From assembly GCA_963666055.2 (NCBI GenBank), contig CAXWPH010000005.1, forward strand, positions 32,001-96,000: a stretch of DNA of 64,000 nt, read 5' to 3'. Made by a program: the position numbers and the translations under genes. Under the pieces are notes generated by a model. The model made no database searches. It was not told where the DNA came from and saw only the letters and a list, made by a program, of their open reading frames with translations. This document shows, piece by piece, positions 8,269 through 17,992 of this stretch (its first letter is position 1; every line of letters begins with the position of its first letter). Source of the stretch: Acidobacteriota bacterium (GTDB lineage: Bacteria > Acidobacteriota > UBA890 > WLXD01).

Positions 8269-9507
8269 CTACGTCGACATTCCTCGTGCCGCGATGCGCC
8301 AGACGGCTTCGACGCGATCGCCACGAATGGCGTACATCTGATCGTAGAGGTTCACCACCGGGTCACAGTGCGACACGATCAACTCCAGCTTGTCGCCGAC
8401 GCTGTAGGTACGTGAGGGGTCATCGTAGCGGAGCACGCCGAACTCGTCGGATCCGCAGCGATACTCCATGCCGGACTCGCCCTTGACGATCGGCCATGGC
8501 TGATTGATGGTGCATGCCTTGGCCCCCGCGTCGGTGGTGACCTGACCTTCGTACTGGTCGTTGAGCACCGTCGCGAGAACGGTCAGCGAGGGCTGGAAGT
8601 CTGAGTACACCTGCGGGTCGTGAGCCCCGCCGATTGCCAGGTACTGCGCGTCCATGAAGACGTAGCTGCCCACCTGCACGTCGGTCAAGCCGGAGGTCTC
8701 GTGGTCGATGTTGTACGTACCGGTGCCGCCGCCGCTGAAGATCTCGGTGCTCAGACCGGAGCGCTGCAACATCATGAAAGTATCGGCGGCCGCAGCGAGA
8801 CGCTCGAGGGTCTGCTCCCGGCGCGCCTCGAAGCCGTGCTTGTGTTGTGAGCCACCGTCGTAGCACAGCATGCCGCGCGGCCGCAGCCCGGGCAGGGTGT
8901 CGACCAGCTGCGCCAGCTCGAGAGCGGGCTGTCCTGCGCTAATGCCGGTGCGATGTGTTCCCGGGTCGACGTCGACCACCACGTCGGCAGTGATGCTGGC
9001 CGCCTGCGCCGCATCCGAGAGGTGACGGGCATTCTCGGGTGTGTCCGTGGCCTGGACGAACTCCGAGCACAGCTTCCTCAGGCTCATCGCCCGGGCGATC
9101 TTGAACGGCGTCACATTGGTGGTCGTCATCAGGATCTGCTCGATCCCGTGCTCGAACATGACCTCGGCCTCACTCACCTTGGCGGTGCAGATGCCAACCG
9201 ACCCGCCCTCGAGCTGCAGCCGGGCGATTGCCGGGCACTTGTGCGTCTTGGCATGAGGGCGGCTGGCGATACCGTTGCGCGAGACTGTCTGCTGACACGT
9301 GGCCAGGTTGGCCTCGAGCGCATCGAGGTCGACGCAGAGTGCCGGCGTGTCGAGCTCCCACTTGGATACGTCGGCCTGCATCGCACCCTCTGAGGCCATC
9401 GAGCGCATCTCGGCGGCGGTACGCCCCTTCACTGACGTTGGAATCCACACGCCTGCCGCCCCGGCGGTCTGCAAGAAGCGGCGGCGGGATAGCGGCATGT
9501 TGGTCAC
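8269..9507 (-). CDS. DSD1/D-threonine aldolase-like PLP-dependent enzyme with Tat signal
   Basis: LDTPAL, RPHAKTHKC, SGGGTGT, QVGSYVFMD and HCDPVVN motifs; N-terminal SRRRFL. Confidence 0.9.
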   Translation of the reverse strand: MTNMPLSRRRFLQTAGAAGVWIPTSVKGRTAAEMRSMASEGAMQADVSKWELDTPALCVDLDALEANLATCQQTVSRNGIASRPHAKTHKCPAIARLQLEGGSVGICTAKVSEAEVMFEHGIEQILMTTTNVTPFKIARAMSLRKLCSEFVQATDTPENARHLSDAAQAASITADVVVDVDPGTHRTGISAGQPALELAQLVDTLPGLRPRGMLCYDGGSQHKHGFEARREQTLERLAAAADTFMMLQRSGLSTEIFSGGGTGTYNIDHETSGLTDVQVGSYVFMDAQYLAIGGAHDPQVYSDFQPSLTVLATVLNDQYEGQVTTDAGAKACTINQPWPIVKGESGMEYRCGSDEFGVLRYDDPSRTYSVGDKLELIVSHCDPVVNLYDQMYAIRGDRVEAVWRIAARGMST

Positions 9508-10016
9508 AGGCGGTCTCCGAACTCGGGACGGTAGCGGGCCACTCCTCGAAGTGGCTTGGTTCGGCTGGCGTCCAGCGCCAGGATCATGAACGCGTCGTCA
9601 GCGACACCCTCCCACTGACAGCGCACCCCGTACTCGGACGCGCAGACGAAGCCGAAGCGCGGATAGTAACGCGGGTGACCCAATACGACGACGAAGGGCC
9701 ATGCGGCGGCGCGTGCTTCGATGAGCGTGTGCTCCAGGAGCCGGGTCCCGATGCCCTGGTTCTGGTGAGCCGGAAGAACGGACATCGGACCCAGGCCGCG
9801 CCCCTCTGTAGTGCCACGCGGATGATGGATCGACACTGGGGAGAACAGGACGTGGCCGACCACCTGGTCGTCGATCAGCGCCGCCCACGAGGCCACGTTG
9901 GGCAACCCGCGGAGCCTCTCGACGATGTTCGCCTCGTCAGGCTGGCCGAAAGCCAGCTGGTTGACGTTCCGAATCGCCGCATAATCGCTCTGTTGCTCGA
10001 GACGAATCGTAACCAT
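9504..10016 (-). CDS. GNAT N-acetyltransferase (YhbS-like)
   Basis: LGPMSVLPAHQNQGIG and VVLGHPRYYPRFGF. Confidence 0.9.
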   Translation of the reverse strand: MVTIRLEQQSDYAAIRNVNQLAFGQPDEANIVERLRGLPNVASWAALIDDQVVGHVLFSPVSIHHPRGTTEGRGLGPMSVLPAHQNQGIGTRLLEHTLIEARAAAWPFVVVLGHPRYYPRFGFVCASEYGVRCQWEGVADDAFMILALDASRTKPLRGVARYRPEFGDRL

Positions 10017-10052
10017 GTTTTCCTGTTCGCAACCGCGATCGGGCGACCGGAC

Positions 10053-10316
10053 TCACACTACCCGCACGGCTCCCTGGTTGACCTTGGCCGCCGGGCGGCC
10101 GCGAATCATGTGGAGGGTCGCCACGCGGCTGCCACAGCCCGGGCAGTGGATCTCATCATGGAGCTTCGGCGGTGGCTCGGTATGGAAGATCCCGGCGCGA
10201 TCCACCGCGATCTTGTCGAGGAACATCTTCACCAGCCGACCCTTGCCGCTCTTGCGGTAGCGAGCCAGTGGGGCGCCGCAATCGCAGGCAACGTCGATGA
10301 ACTGGCGCTGGGCCAT
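10053..10316 (-). CDS. Small zinc-ribbon protein
   Basis: MAQRQFIDVACDCGAPLARYRKSGKGRLVK...CPGCGSRVA; two Cys pairs. Confidence 0.65.
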   Translation of the reverse strand: MAQRQFIDVACDCGAPLARYRKSGKGRLVKMFLDKIAVDRAGIFHTEPPPKLHDEIHCPGCGSRVATLHMIRGRPAAKVNQGAVRVV

Positions 10317-10553
10317 AGTCTGAGCTCGTCTTGCTCTTCCGCGCACGGCGTGAAGATCGATGTGTAGCTGCCGATCCAATCGGTCGCGATCAAGCCCAGC
10401 CGCGGGTCGCGATCGCGGTAAGCTGATCGTCGCCGATCGGGTACCGTGAGTCTATTGTCCACCAAATAGCGGCGCTGCTCGGAGCCCTGGACCGGAACCC
10501 GGAACAGATTGGCTGGACGGCGTTTGGGTGAGCCGCTGGGCGCCCGTTGAAGA

Positions 10554-11939
10554 ATGCGCCTGAGCGGCCGAACGCCGGGGATGGAAACGATGACGACTAC
10601 CGAAAAGCAGTCACGGTCAACGGCCCGCTACCTTGATGACACGTCGCGCTCCAAGGAGCTCTACGAGCGCGCCCTACGTGTCATGCCTGGCGGCAGCAGC
10701 CGGCACACCCTGGTGATGGATCCGTATCCAGCCTACGCAGCTAGCGGCCAGGGGTGTCGCGTGACCGACGTGGAGGGCGACGAGCGTATCGATTTCATCA
10801 ACAACTACACGTCGCTGATTCGTGGCCACGCGGATCCGGTGGTTACCGCAGCAGTGCGCGGGGTGGTTGGTCAGGGGACGGCGTTCTCGATGCCCACGGA
10901 GACCGACATTCGGCTGGCCGAGCTGCTCGTCGATCGGGTACCGGGCATGGAGCAGATCCGCTTTGCGAACTCGGGCAGCGAAGGTGTGCTGTTGACGATC
11001 CGCGCGGCGCGGGCGGCCACCGGGCGTTCCAAGATCGCCAAATTCGAGGGTTGCTATCACGGCGTCTACGACTACGCGCAGGCCAGCGATAGCTCACGGC
11101 CGCATAACTGGGGCGATCCGCAGCGCCCCAGCACGACGCTGGAGCCGAGCATGGCGCGCAGCCTACTCGACGAGGTTGTCACGCTCCCATGGAACGAGAT
11201 CGAGGCCTGCCGGGGGCTCATCGAGGACCACGCCGACAGCCTGGCAGCGGTCGTTTTCGATCCGCTTCCGGCCGCCCTCGGATTCGTCGCACCGGACCAG
11301 AGTTTCGTCGGGTTTCTCCGTGAGATCACCGAGAAGCACGGCATCCTGCTGATCGCCGACGAGGTGCTGTCGTTCCGGGTTGGCTACGAGGGTGCCTGCG
11401 CCGCCCACGCCATCGAGCCCGATCTAGTCTCCCTGGGCAAGATCATTGGCGGTGGGTTCCCGGTCGGCGCGGTCATGGGAAAGAAGTCGGTGATGGACGT
11501 GTTCGATCACCGCGTCGGCGAGAAGGTCCATCACGGTGGTACCTACAACGGCAACCCGGTCACCATGGTGGCGGGCTACGAGACCATGCGGCAGATGACG
11601 CGCGAGGCGTACGACCGTCTGGAGTCGCTCGGAGATCGACTTCGAGCGGCCGTTGCCGAGACAGTCGGTCGGCACGGGATCGCGCACCAGGTTACTGGGC
11701 GCGGGTCGCTCTTCGGACTGCTGTTCAGCGAGGCCCCGGTTCGCGATTTCCGTGGCTTTATCGCGAGCAGCTCCGCCGCGCCCGGGCAAAAGGAGATGTC
11801 TGTAGAGATGTTGAGCCACGGCATCCTGCTGGGACAGCGTGGGGTGCTGGGCTGTCTGTCGACCCCGATGGGCACCGACGAGATCGACGCCTTCGTCGCC
11901 GCGCTAGACGAGTCGCTGAGCGTCGTCGCGCGCCGCTAG
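10554..11939 (+). CDS. Class III aminotransferase (glutamate-1-semialdehyde aminomutase-like)
   Basis: KFEGCYHG, LIADEV, LGKIIGGGFPVG and HGGTYNGNP motifs. Confidence 0.9.
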   Translation: MRLSGRTPGMETMTTTEKQSRSTARYLDDTSRSKELYERALRVMPGGSSRHTLVMDPYPAYAASGQGCRVTDVEGDERIDFINNYTSLIRGHADPVVTAAVRGVVGQGTAFSMPTETDIRLAELLVDRVPGMEQIRFANSGSEGVLLTIRAARAATGRSKIAKFEGCYHGVYDYAQASDSSRPHNWGDPQRPSTTLEPSMARSLLDEVVTLPWNEIEACRGLIEDHADSLAAVVFDPLPAALGFVAPDQSFVGFLREITEKHGILLIADEVLSFRVGYEGACAAHAIEPDLVSLGKIIGGGFPVGAVMGKKSVMDVFDHRVGEKVHHGGTYNGNPVTMVAGYETMRQMTREAYDRLESLGDRLRAAVAETVGRHGIAHQVTGRGSLFGLLFSEAPVRDFRGFIASSSAAPGQKEMSVEMLSHGILLGQRGVLGCLSTPMGTDEIDAFVAALDESLSVVARR

Positions 11940-11942
11940 CTG

Positions 11943-12917
11943 CTAGCGGCTCGAGTTAGGGTCGACAAGCCGACGCAGCGCTTCCTGTACCGCCGCCCAC
12001 GCCGCGGCGAAGGGTACCGATGGCTCGAAGTGGCCAGCGCCGTCGATTCTCTCCAGTCGTGCACGATCGCCGGCGGCGATCGCGGCGTCGGCGAAGGCGC
12101 GCACGCCCCTGGTGGTAACGATGGTGTCCTGGGCGCCGCTTACCAACACCATCGGTGCTCCGATAGGAAGCCGCGCACTCGGCGAGGCGTCGGCATAGCG
12201 ATCGGGGTGCTCTTCCGGAGGGCCGCCCATCAGTGAATCGACAGCTCCATGACAACTCTGGGTTGGACCAACGCGGTATGCGGACAGGTCAGCGATCGGC
12301 GCTAGCCCGATCACGCCGTGGATCGCCAGCGGAAACGGGCGGTAGAGCTCGCTCTCAGGAGTCAGCCGGTCGCGGGTCGCACTCCACAGGGCAAGGTGGC
12401 CGCCTGCCGAGTGGCCGATAGCGACGACCCTTTGCAGGTCGAGCGGATAGATATCGCCTAGATTGCGCAGATGGTCGATGGCGTCGGCGACGTCGAGAAA
12501 GGTCATCGGCCAGCCACCGGCGCCTGCAACGCGGCGATACTCGATCGTCCAGGTGGCGATGCCCAGCTTGGTCACCGCCGCGGCCAGGTGGCGGAAGTAC
12601 ACATAGTCGAACTCTTGCAGCCAGCAGCCACCGTGGATCAACACCGCTACCGGGTGCGGTCCCGGTCCCGGCGGCAGGCGCAGCTCACCAAACTGGTCGG
12701 GCAGCGCCCCGTAGGCGATCCGGGTACCGGGCGGCGGAGCGAGCAGCGCCTGGACTTCCGACCATGTCACGGGGGAGCTCGGTTGCTCTGCTCCTGGGTG
12801 CGTATCCGCGATCGCCGGCTGCGCACCGACAGCGGAGCGATCGGCCACCGAGGCACAACCGCCAAGGATCGACATCCACACGGCCGCTGCGAGGGCGATC
12901 GATTTCCTGGTATCCAT
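11943..12917 (-). CDS. Alpha/beta hydrolase (esterase), probable lipoprotein
   Basis: HGGCW oxyanion motif, GHSAGG nucleophile, AGHF; lipobox LGGC. Confidence 0.9.
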   Translation of the reverse strand: MDTRKSIALAAAVWMSILGGCASVADRSAVGAQPAIADTHPGAEQPSSPVTWSEVQALLAPPPGTRIAYGALPDQFGELRLPPGPGPHPVAVLIHGGCWLQEFDYVYFRHLAAAVTKLGIATWTIEYRRVAGAGGWPMTFLDVADAIDHLRNLGDIYPLDLQRVVAIGHSAGGHLALWSATRDRLTPESELYRPFPLAIHGVIGLAPIADLSAYRVGPTQSCHGAVDSLMGGPPEEHPDRYADASPSARLPIGAPMVLVSGAQDTIVTTRGVRAFADAAIAAGDRARLERIDGAGHFEPSVPFAAAWAAVQEALRRLVDPNSSR

Positions 12918-12992
12918 GCCTGGTTACCCCATTCGCTACGCCAAATTATCAGGAATTGAGGGCATGCTATCGTGCAGGGCCGACACGCCGAC

Positions 12993-13270
12993 CTAGCAGG
13001 CCGTGGTGAAAGTGTGGTGGGTCTGGCGACAGGGTCTTGCGAGGTGGAGGCAAGGAGAGAGGAGGAGGCGATGGATACCCCATCGTTGACGAGGAACGAC
13101 GCAGCATACGCGCGCAACCCCTGTCGCCCGAAGGGTTACGGCGATTTGGGGCCATCTGCAGCGTTGGCCTTCCTCGACGATGGCTAGGGCATCGCCTGTG
13201 TCAGGCCGCCTTGCATCTGGCCCCAACTCGCCGTAACCAGACCCACCACACTTTCACCACGGCCTGCTAG
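12993..13270. mobile_element. MITE copy 3 (complete, inverted relative to copy 1)
   Basis: Perfect 34-bp TIRs including CTAG; the interior is the reverse complement of 307-585 with scattered substitutions. Confidence 0.9.
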
Positions 13271-13285
13271 CGGCGCGGAGGATCC

Positions 13286-14824
13286 ATGAGCGCAAGCATT
13301 TCGTCGAACCGGATGCTGTTCACCGCATCCTTTGTCGCCCTGGTCACGACCGCCTTCGCCTTCATGCTGCGCATCAATCTGATGGGAGTGTGGGAGATTG
13401 CCTACTCCCTGGACAAGACTCAGGTGGGCACGATCTTCGGCGCCGGATTCTGGCCTTTCGGCGCCAGCATCATCCTCTTCAGTCTGATCATCGACAGGGT
13501 GGGCTACGGCAAGGCGATGGCGTTCGCGTTCGTCTGCCACGTCCTCTTCGCAGTGCTCACGATAACCGCCACCGGCTACCGCATGCTCTATTGGGCGAGT
13601 GTCATCGGTGCGCTCGGCAACGGCGCGGTCGAGGCGGTGATCAACCCGCTGATCACCACCGTGTACGCGAAGGATAAGACCAAGTGGCTCAACATCCTCC
13701 ACGCCGGCTGGCCGGGAGGTCTCGTCATCACGGGCGTGCTCGTCCTCAGCGTGGGCGATGCGGTGCCCTGGCAGTACCAGATCGCGGTGATCCTCATTCC
13801 TACCTTCATCTATGGCGCGATGATGCTGCGAATGGAGTTCCCGGTGAGCGAACGGGTGGCCGCGGGCGTCTCGTATCGCGCCATGCTTGCCGAGGTTGGC
13901 TGGGGCGGTGCATTCGTCGCGTTTCTCCTCATCGTGATGGAATTAACTACCAACGTTCTCGGTATCGAAGCGTTGATGAACATCTGGGTCCAGGTAGGGA
14001 TCGCCGCTGCGCTGGCCGCGGTGTATGGCTTCTACGCCCGGTCGTTTGGCCGGCCCCTGTTCGTCTTCATGCTGGTGCTGATGCTGTTTCTCGCCACCAC
14101 CGAGCTCGGAACCGACAGCTGGGTCAAGGACTTGCTCGGGCCTGCGATCGGCACGACGCTCGGCATCGATTCAGGCTGGGTGCTGGTCTACACCGCACTG
14201 ATCATGATGGTCCTTCGCTTGTTAGGGGGCCCCCTGGTGAAGCGCCTACAACCGCTGGGAGTTCTCGCGGTCAGCGCCGTGCTGGCGGCCGCAGGCATCT
14301 ATTGGCTGTCGGTGCTCGGAGGCGAACCGAGCACCACGGCCATGGTGATCATCATTGCCGCGACGATCTATGGCGTCGGGCAGACGTTCTTTTGGCCGAC
14401 CACACTGGGCTTCATCTCCGAGCAGTTTCCCAGGGGCGGCGCCATGACCCTCAACGTCATCGCTGGCGTGGGCATGCTCGGCGTCGGCGTCCTCGGCAAC
14501 GTCTGGCTAGGCAATTTGCAGGACAAGTCCGTCGTCAGCGCTCTCCAGGAGCGCAGTCCCGAGCTGGTGGCACGCTATGTCGAGGAAAGGCCCCCGAGCA
14601 TCTTCGGCGACTATCGTGCCCTTACTGACGAGGCCGTCGAGGTAAGGGAAGCCAACGTAGCCCCCGACGCCGACGCACTTGCGACAGCCACCAATGAGGG
14701 CAAGATGACGGCGCTGCGCAAGGTCGTGGTCCTCCCCCTCATCATGCTGCTGGCCTACCTAGCACTGCTGTTCTGGTTCAGGTCGAGGGGTGGCTATCGA
14801 CCGGTTGAGTTCGGTTCCGGCTAG
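13286..14824 (+). CDS. MFS transporter (sugar-type)
   Basis: About 12 TM segments; LIIDRVGYG motif-A-like loop, HAGWPGG, ATTELGTDSW. Confidence 0.9.
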   Translation: MSASISSNRMLFTASFVALVTTAFAFMLRINLMGVWEIAYSLDKTQVGTIFGAGFWPFGASIILFSLIIDRVGYGKAMAFAFVCHVLFAVLTITATGYRMLYWASVIGALGNGAVEAVINPLITTVYAKDKTKWLNILHAGWPGGLVITGVLVLSVGDAVPWQYQIAVILIPTFIYGAMMLRMEFPVSERVAAGVSYRAMLAEVGWGGAFVAFLLIVMELTTNVLGIEALMNIWVQVGIAAALAAVYGFYARSFGRPLFVFMLVLMLFLATTELGTDSWVKDLLGPAIGTTLGIDSGWVLVYTALIMMVLRLLGGPLVKRLQPLGVLAVSAVLAAAGIYWLSVLGGEPSTTAMVIIIAATIYGVGQTFFWPTTLGFISEQFPRGGAMTLNVIAGVGMLGVGVLGNVWLGNLQDKSVVSALQERSPELVARYVEERPPSIFGDYRALTDEAVEVREANVAPDADALATATNEGKMTALRKVVVLPLIMLLAYLALLFWFRSRGGYRPVEFGSG

Positions 14825-14836
14825 CAGGCCGTGGTG
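14821..14836. repeat. 16-bp MITE terminal remnant
   Basis: CTAGCAGGCCGTGGTG is identical to the MITE TIR; it contains the MFS stop and the GTG start of the next gene. Confidence 0.7.
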
Positions 14837-16327
14837 CAGGGGCCTCGCGAGGCGCTGGTGATCGGGCTGGACCTGGGCACCGGTGGGGCGCGGGTGGTGA
14901 TTGCCAGTGCCGGCGGCGAACTCCGAGCGACGGGTCACGCCGACCTCGAGGCCGGTGCAAGAGTGCCGAGCCCCGCGCCGCCGGGCTGGCACGAGCAGGA
15001 TCCCGAAACCTGGTGGAAGGCTGCCAGATGGGCGATCCGCGACGCCCTGCGACAGGTCCGCAAAGTCCCGCATGTCGCAGACTGTCTGCGAGCCATCTGC
15101 GTCGATGGAACGTCGGGAACGGTCGTTGGCATAGACCGCGATGGCAACGCTACGACGCCCGCACTGATGTACAACGATGCGCGCGCCGAGGCGGAAGCCC
15201 ACCAACTCGACGCGCTGGCTCATGAGTATGGTGAAGCGACCGGTCCGCGCATCAGCGCGTCCTTCGGCATCGCAAAGATGCTGTGGATCCAACGGCACCT
15301 GCCGGAAGCATTCGCTGCGACACACATGTTCGCGCACCAGGCCGACTTCATTGCCGGCCGGCTTACCGGCCAGGTGGGCACGACCGACTACAGCAACGCC
15401 ATGAAGTCGGGGTTCGATCTCACCCGCGGGTCGTGGGCTGAATGGATCGACAAGTACCCCGACCTGCGCTCCAAGTTGCCCCGCGTCATGGCGCCAGGTG
15501 AGTCGCTTGGCGACGTATCTGGCGCCGTCGCCGACGAGCTCGGGCTGCCTCGTGGCCTCACTGTAATCGCCGGGGCCACCGATGGCACGGCCGCCTTTCT
15601 GGCGTCCGGGGCGCGTCGCATCGGCGACAACAACACCACCCTGGGAACGACGCTGGTGTTCAAGCGCGTGGCTGACCGCTACGTGCAGGATCCGGATGGT
15701 CTGCTGTACTGCCACAAGTTGCCTGGCGGATCCTGGCTGCCGGGCGCTGCCAGCAACGTTGGTGGAGATTGGATTCGAAAGGACTTCGCCGGCGCCGATC
15801 TCCGGCAACTCGACGATGCGGCAGGCGAGTTGCTGCCGACGCAGCAGCTTGCCTACCCGCTCCGCACGCGGGGCGATCGCTTCCCCTTCAAGTCCATCGA
15901 CGCGGTGGGCTTCTGCGAGCCGGAGGTCACCGAGTCGAGTGTGCGCTACGCGGCCAACCTCCAGGGCACAGCGTTTGTGGAGCGCCTGGGCTACGAAGTG
16001 TTGGATCGCGCCACAGCTGGTGGCGATCAGATCACGTCTGGGGCGGTCTATGCCACCGGCGGTGGCAGCCGAAGCGATGTCTGGATGCAGCTTCGAGCCG
16101 ACGTGTGCGGTCGTGCCTATCATCGACCGAGCTGCCACGAATCGGCGTTCGGAAGCGCCATCCTGGCGGCGGCGGGCACGATTCATGAGAGCCTGCGGGA
16201 TGCGAGCCAGGCTATGGTAAGAATCGCCAGGACGTTTCGCCCGGATCGAGCCCGCCATGAAATGTACGAAGAGCTCTACCAGCGATTCCTGCGGCTTCTC
16301 GAGCAGCGCGGTTTCCTGACCAGGTAG
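14831..16327 (+). CDS. FGGY-family carbohydrate kinase
   Basis: IGLDLGTGG, VDGTSGT, GATDG, TLGTTL and TGGGSRS motifs. Confidence 0.9.
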   Translation: MVQGPREALVIGLDLGTGGARVVIASAGGELRATGHADLEAGARVPSPAPPGWHEQDPETWWKAARWAIRDALRQVRKVPHVADCLRAICVDGTSGTVVGIDRDGNATTPALMYNDARAEAEAHQLDALAHEYGEATGPRISASFGIAKMLWIQRHLPEAFAATHMFAHQADFIAGRLTGQVGTTDYSNAMKSGFDLTRGSWAEWIDKYPDLRSKLPRVMAPGESLGDVSGAVADELGLPRGLTVIAGATDGTAAFLASGARRIGDNNTTLGTTLVFKRVADRYVQDPDGLLYCHKLPGGSWLPGAASNVGGDWIRKDFAGADLRQLDDAAGELLPTQQLAYPLRTRGDRFPFKSIDAVGFCEPEVTESSVRYAANLQGTAFVERLGYEVLDRATAGGDQITSGAVYATGGGSRSDVWMQLRADVCGRAYHRPSCHESAFGSAILAAAGTIHESLRDASQAMVRIARTFRPDRARHEMYEELYQRFLRLLEQRGFLTR

Positions 16328-16332
16328 CTCCC

Positions 16333-17016
16333 ATGACCCAGATCGTCACAGAGATGATTGAAGCGGCCCGACAGCTGGTGAGCACCGGCCTCGTAACGGG
16401 AGCAGGTGGCAACGTCAGTGCTCGCGACGGCGACCATATGTGGATTTCTCCGAGCGGATTCTCACTCGAGGACGCGCGGCAAGAGCACTATCCATGCATC
16501 TCGGTCGCAACCGGGGACATCGTCTCGGGCGATTTCCGTCCCTCTTCAGAAGTCCTGATGCACCTCTACGTCTATCGCGCGCGACGCGACGTGAACGCCG
16601 TCTTCCACGCTCATCCGAAGATGACCATCGCCCTATGTTCGGCGGGCCACGACCTGCTCCCCATGTTCGCGGACTACTATGTCTACCTGGGGGCCAATGT
16701 CCCGCACGTGCACTACGTCACGGTTACCACGCCGGAGCTGGCGCGCATCGTCGAGCGCGAGTTCAAGGCTTCCGATTGCAAGGGCATGGTGCTCCGGAAC
16801 CACGGCACAATCACGGTCGGGGCTTCGGTCAAGGAGGCCGCCTTCCGCACGTACGCGATGGAGGAGCAGGCGTTCATCCAGTGGCATGCGCTGCAGGTCG
16901 GCGATCCGACCTATCTGACAGCAGAGGATTGCGCGAAGCTCGATGCGCTCGGCAGCGAGGAGTACCGGAGACGGTTGCTCGCGGAGATGAAGTCGACCAC
17001 CTCAAACGCGTCATGA
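16333..17016 (+). CDS. Class II aldolase/adducin family protein
   Basis: GGNVSAR, PSSE, HAH and LRNHG zinc-ligand motifs. Confidence 0.9.
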   Translation: MTQIVTEMIEAARQLVSTGLVTGAGGNVSARDGDHMWISPSGFSLEDARQEHYPCISVATGDIVSGDFRPSSEVLMHLYVYRARRDVNAVFHAHPKMTIALCSAGHDLLPMFADYYVYLGANVPHVHYVTVTTPELARIVEREFKASDCKGMVLRNHGTITVGASVKEAAFRTYAMEEQAFIQWHALQVGDPTYLTAEDCAKLDALGSEEYRRRLLAEMKSTTSNAS

Positions 17017-17035
17017 GCACACGGAGCGCCCTGCA

Positions 17036-17749
17036 TTGACGTCCCGCGCACTGCTGTTCGACCTCGACAACACCCTCTACCACTACACCCCCTGCGACGA
17101 AGTGGCGCTGGTTGCGACGCGGGCGGTGCTTGCGCAGCACATCGACATCTCGGCCGCCGAGTTTCGGCGACTCCACGACCGCGTTCGTAGCGAGCTCGCG
17201 GAGCGCCTGGGCGGCCAGGCCGCGTCCCACAATCGCACCTTGTTCTTCAAGTCCATGGTCGAGCAACTTACCGGGGCGTGCGGCGGTGATCTCGCCTTGC
17301 GCATGTCCGACCGTTACTGGGAGACTTTTCTCGACTACATGAAGCCCGCGCCCCGCACCCGCGGTGTTCTGGAGAGCCTTGGCGCGAGGCACGATCTGGC
17401 GCTGGTCGTCAACCAAACGGCATATGTCCAGCTGAGGAAGATCCAGCGGCTCGGAATCGAGCGCCACTTCCCGGTGGTGGTAACGAGCGAGGAATGCGGC
17501 GCCGAGAAACCGGACGCGCGCGTGTTTCAGAGAGCCCTGAGCGCGCTGGGCGTCGAGGCGGCCGCGGCGGTGATGATCGGTGATGATCCACACTGCGATA
17601 TCCGCGGCGCCTCCGATCTCGGGATCTCAACGGTTCAGACGACGGAGTTCACCGGCGCGCGCCTCGGGGACGACCAGGTCGGCGCCGGACCCGACGACGT
17701 TATCGGCTCGCTAGGCGAGCTTCCGGAAGTGCTGTCCCGCCTTTCCTGA
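17036..17749 (+). CDS. HAD-family hydrolase
   Basis: FDLDNTLY, EKPD and MIGDD motifs; TTG start. Confidence 0.85.
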   Translation: MTSRALLFDLDNTLYHYTPCDEVALVATRAVLAQHIDISAAEFRRLHDRVRSELAERLGGQAASHNRTLFFKSMVEQLTGACGGDLALRMSDRYWETFLDYMKPAPRTRGVLESLGARHDLALVVNQTAYVQLRKIQRLGIERHFPVVVTSEECGAEKPDARVFQRALSALGVEAAAAVMIGDDPHCDIRGASDLGISTVQTTEFTGARLGDDQVGAGPDDVIGSLGELPEVLSRLS

Positions 17750-17826
17750 GATGCGCCGGACTCAAAATCCGGTGGGCTTACGCTCGTGAGGGTTCGAGTC
17801 CCTCCCTCGGTACTTTTGTTTTCAAC
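17749..17826 (+). repeat. 3' portion of tRNA-Leu(CAA), att-like direct repeat 1
   Basis: CCGGACTCAAAATCCGG anticodon arm, long variable arm, GAGGGTTCGAGTCCCTC T arm and CCTCGGTA acceptor strand; the 5' acceptor strand is missing; 17758-17826 is identical to 19563-19631. Confidence 0.85.
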
Positions 17827-17928
17827 AACTTACACAGATTCATTCCTTGCCGGCTCACCATCTCGTTGATCGCTATCGGGGCGAAGGGTGAGGTGCAACC
17901 CCGTGATTGAACGTGGGCTGCTCAAGCG

Positions 17929-17992
17929 GGATAACGGACACTCGCTTAAGCTGCAGCGCGAAGCGCTGTCAGTCTTCAAGCGATTGTTAGGC
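17929..17992 (-). mobile_element. Integron attC site
   Basis: Minus strand GCCTAAC-AA-TCGCTTGAAG-ACTGACAGCGCTTCGCGCTGCAG-CTTAAGCGA-GTGTCC-GTTATCC: RYYYAAC and GTT cores, paired L boxes, bulged bases, 64 bp. Confidence 0.85.

Noticed and set aside
10554-11939. hemL assignment
   Set aside because: GSA-aminomutase-like fold only, with no tetrapyrrole gene context; probably a paralog.
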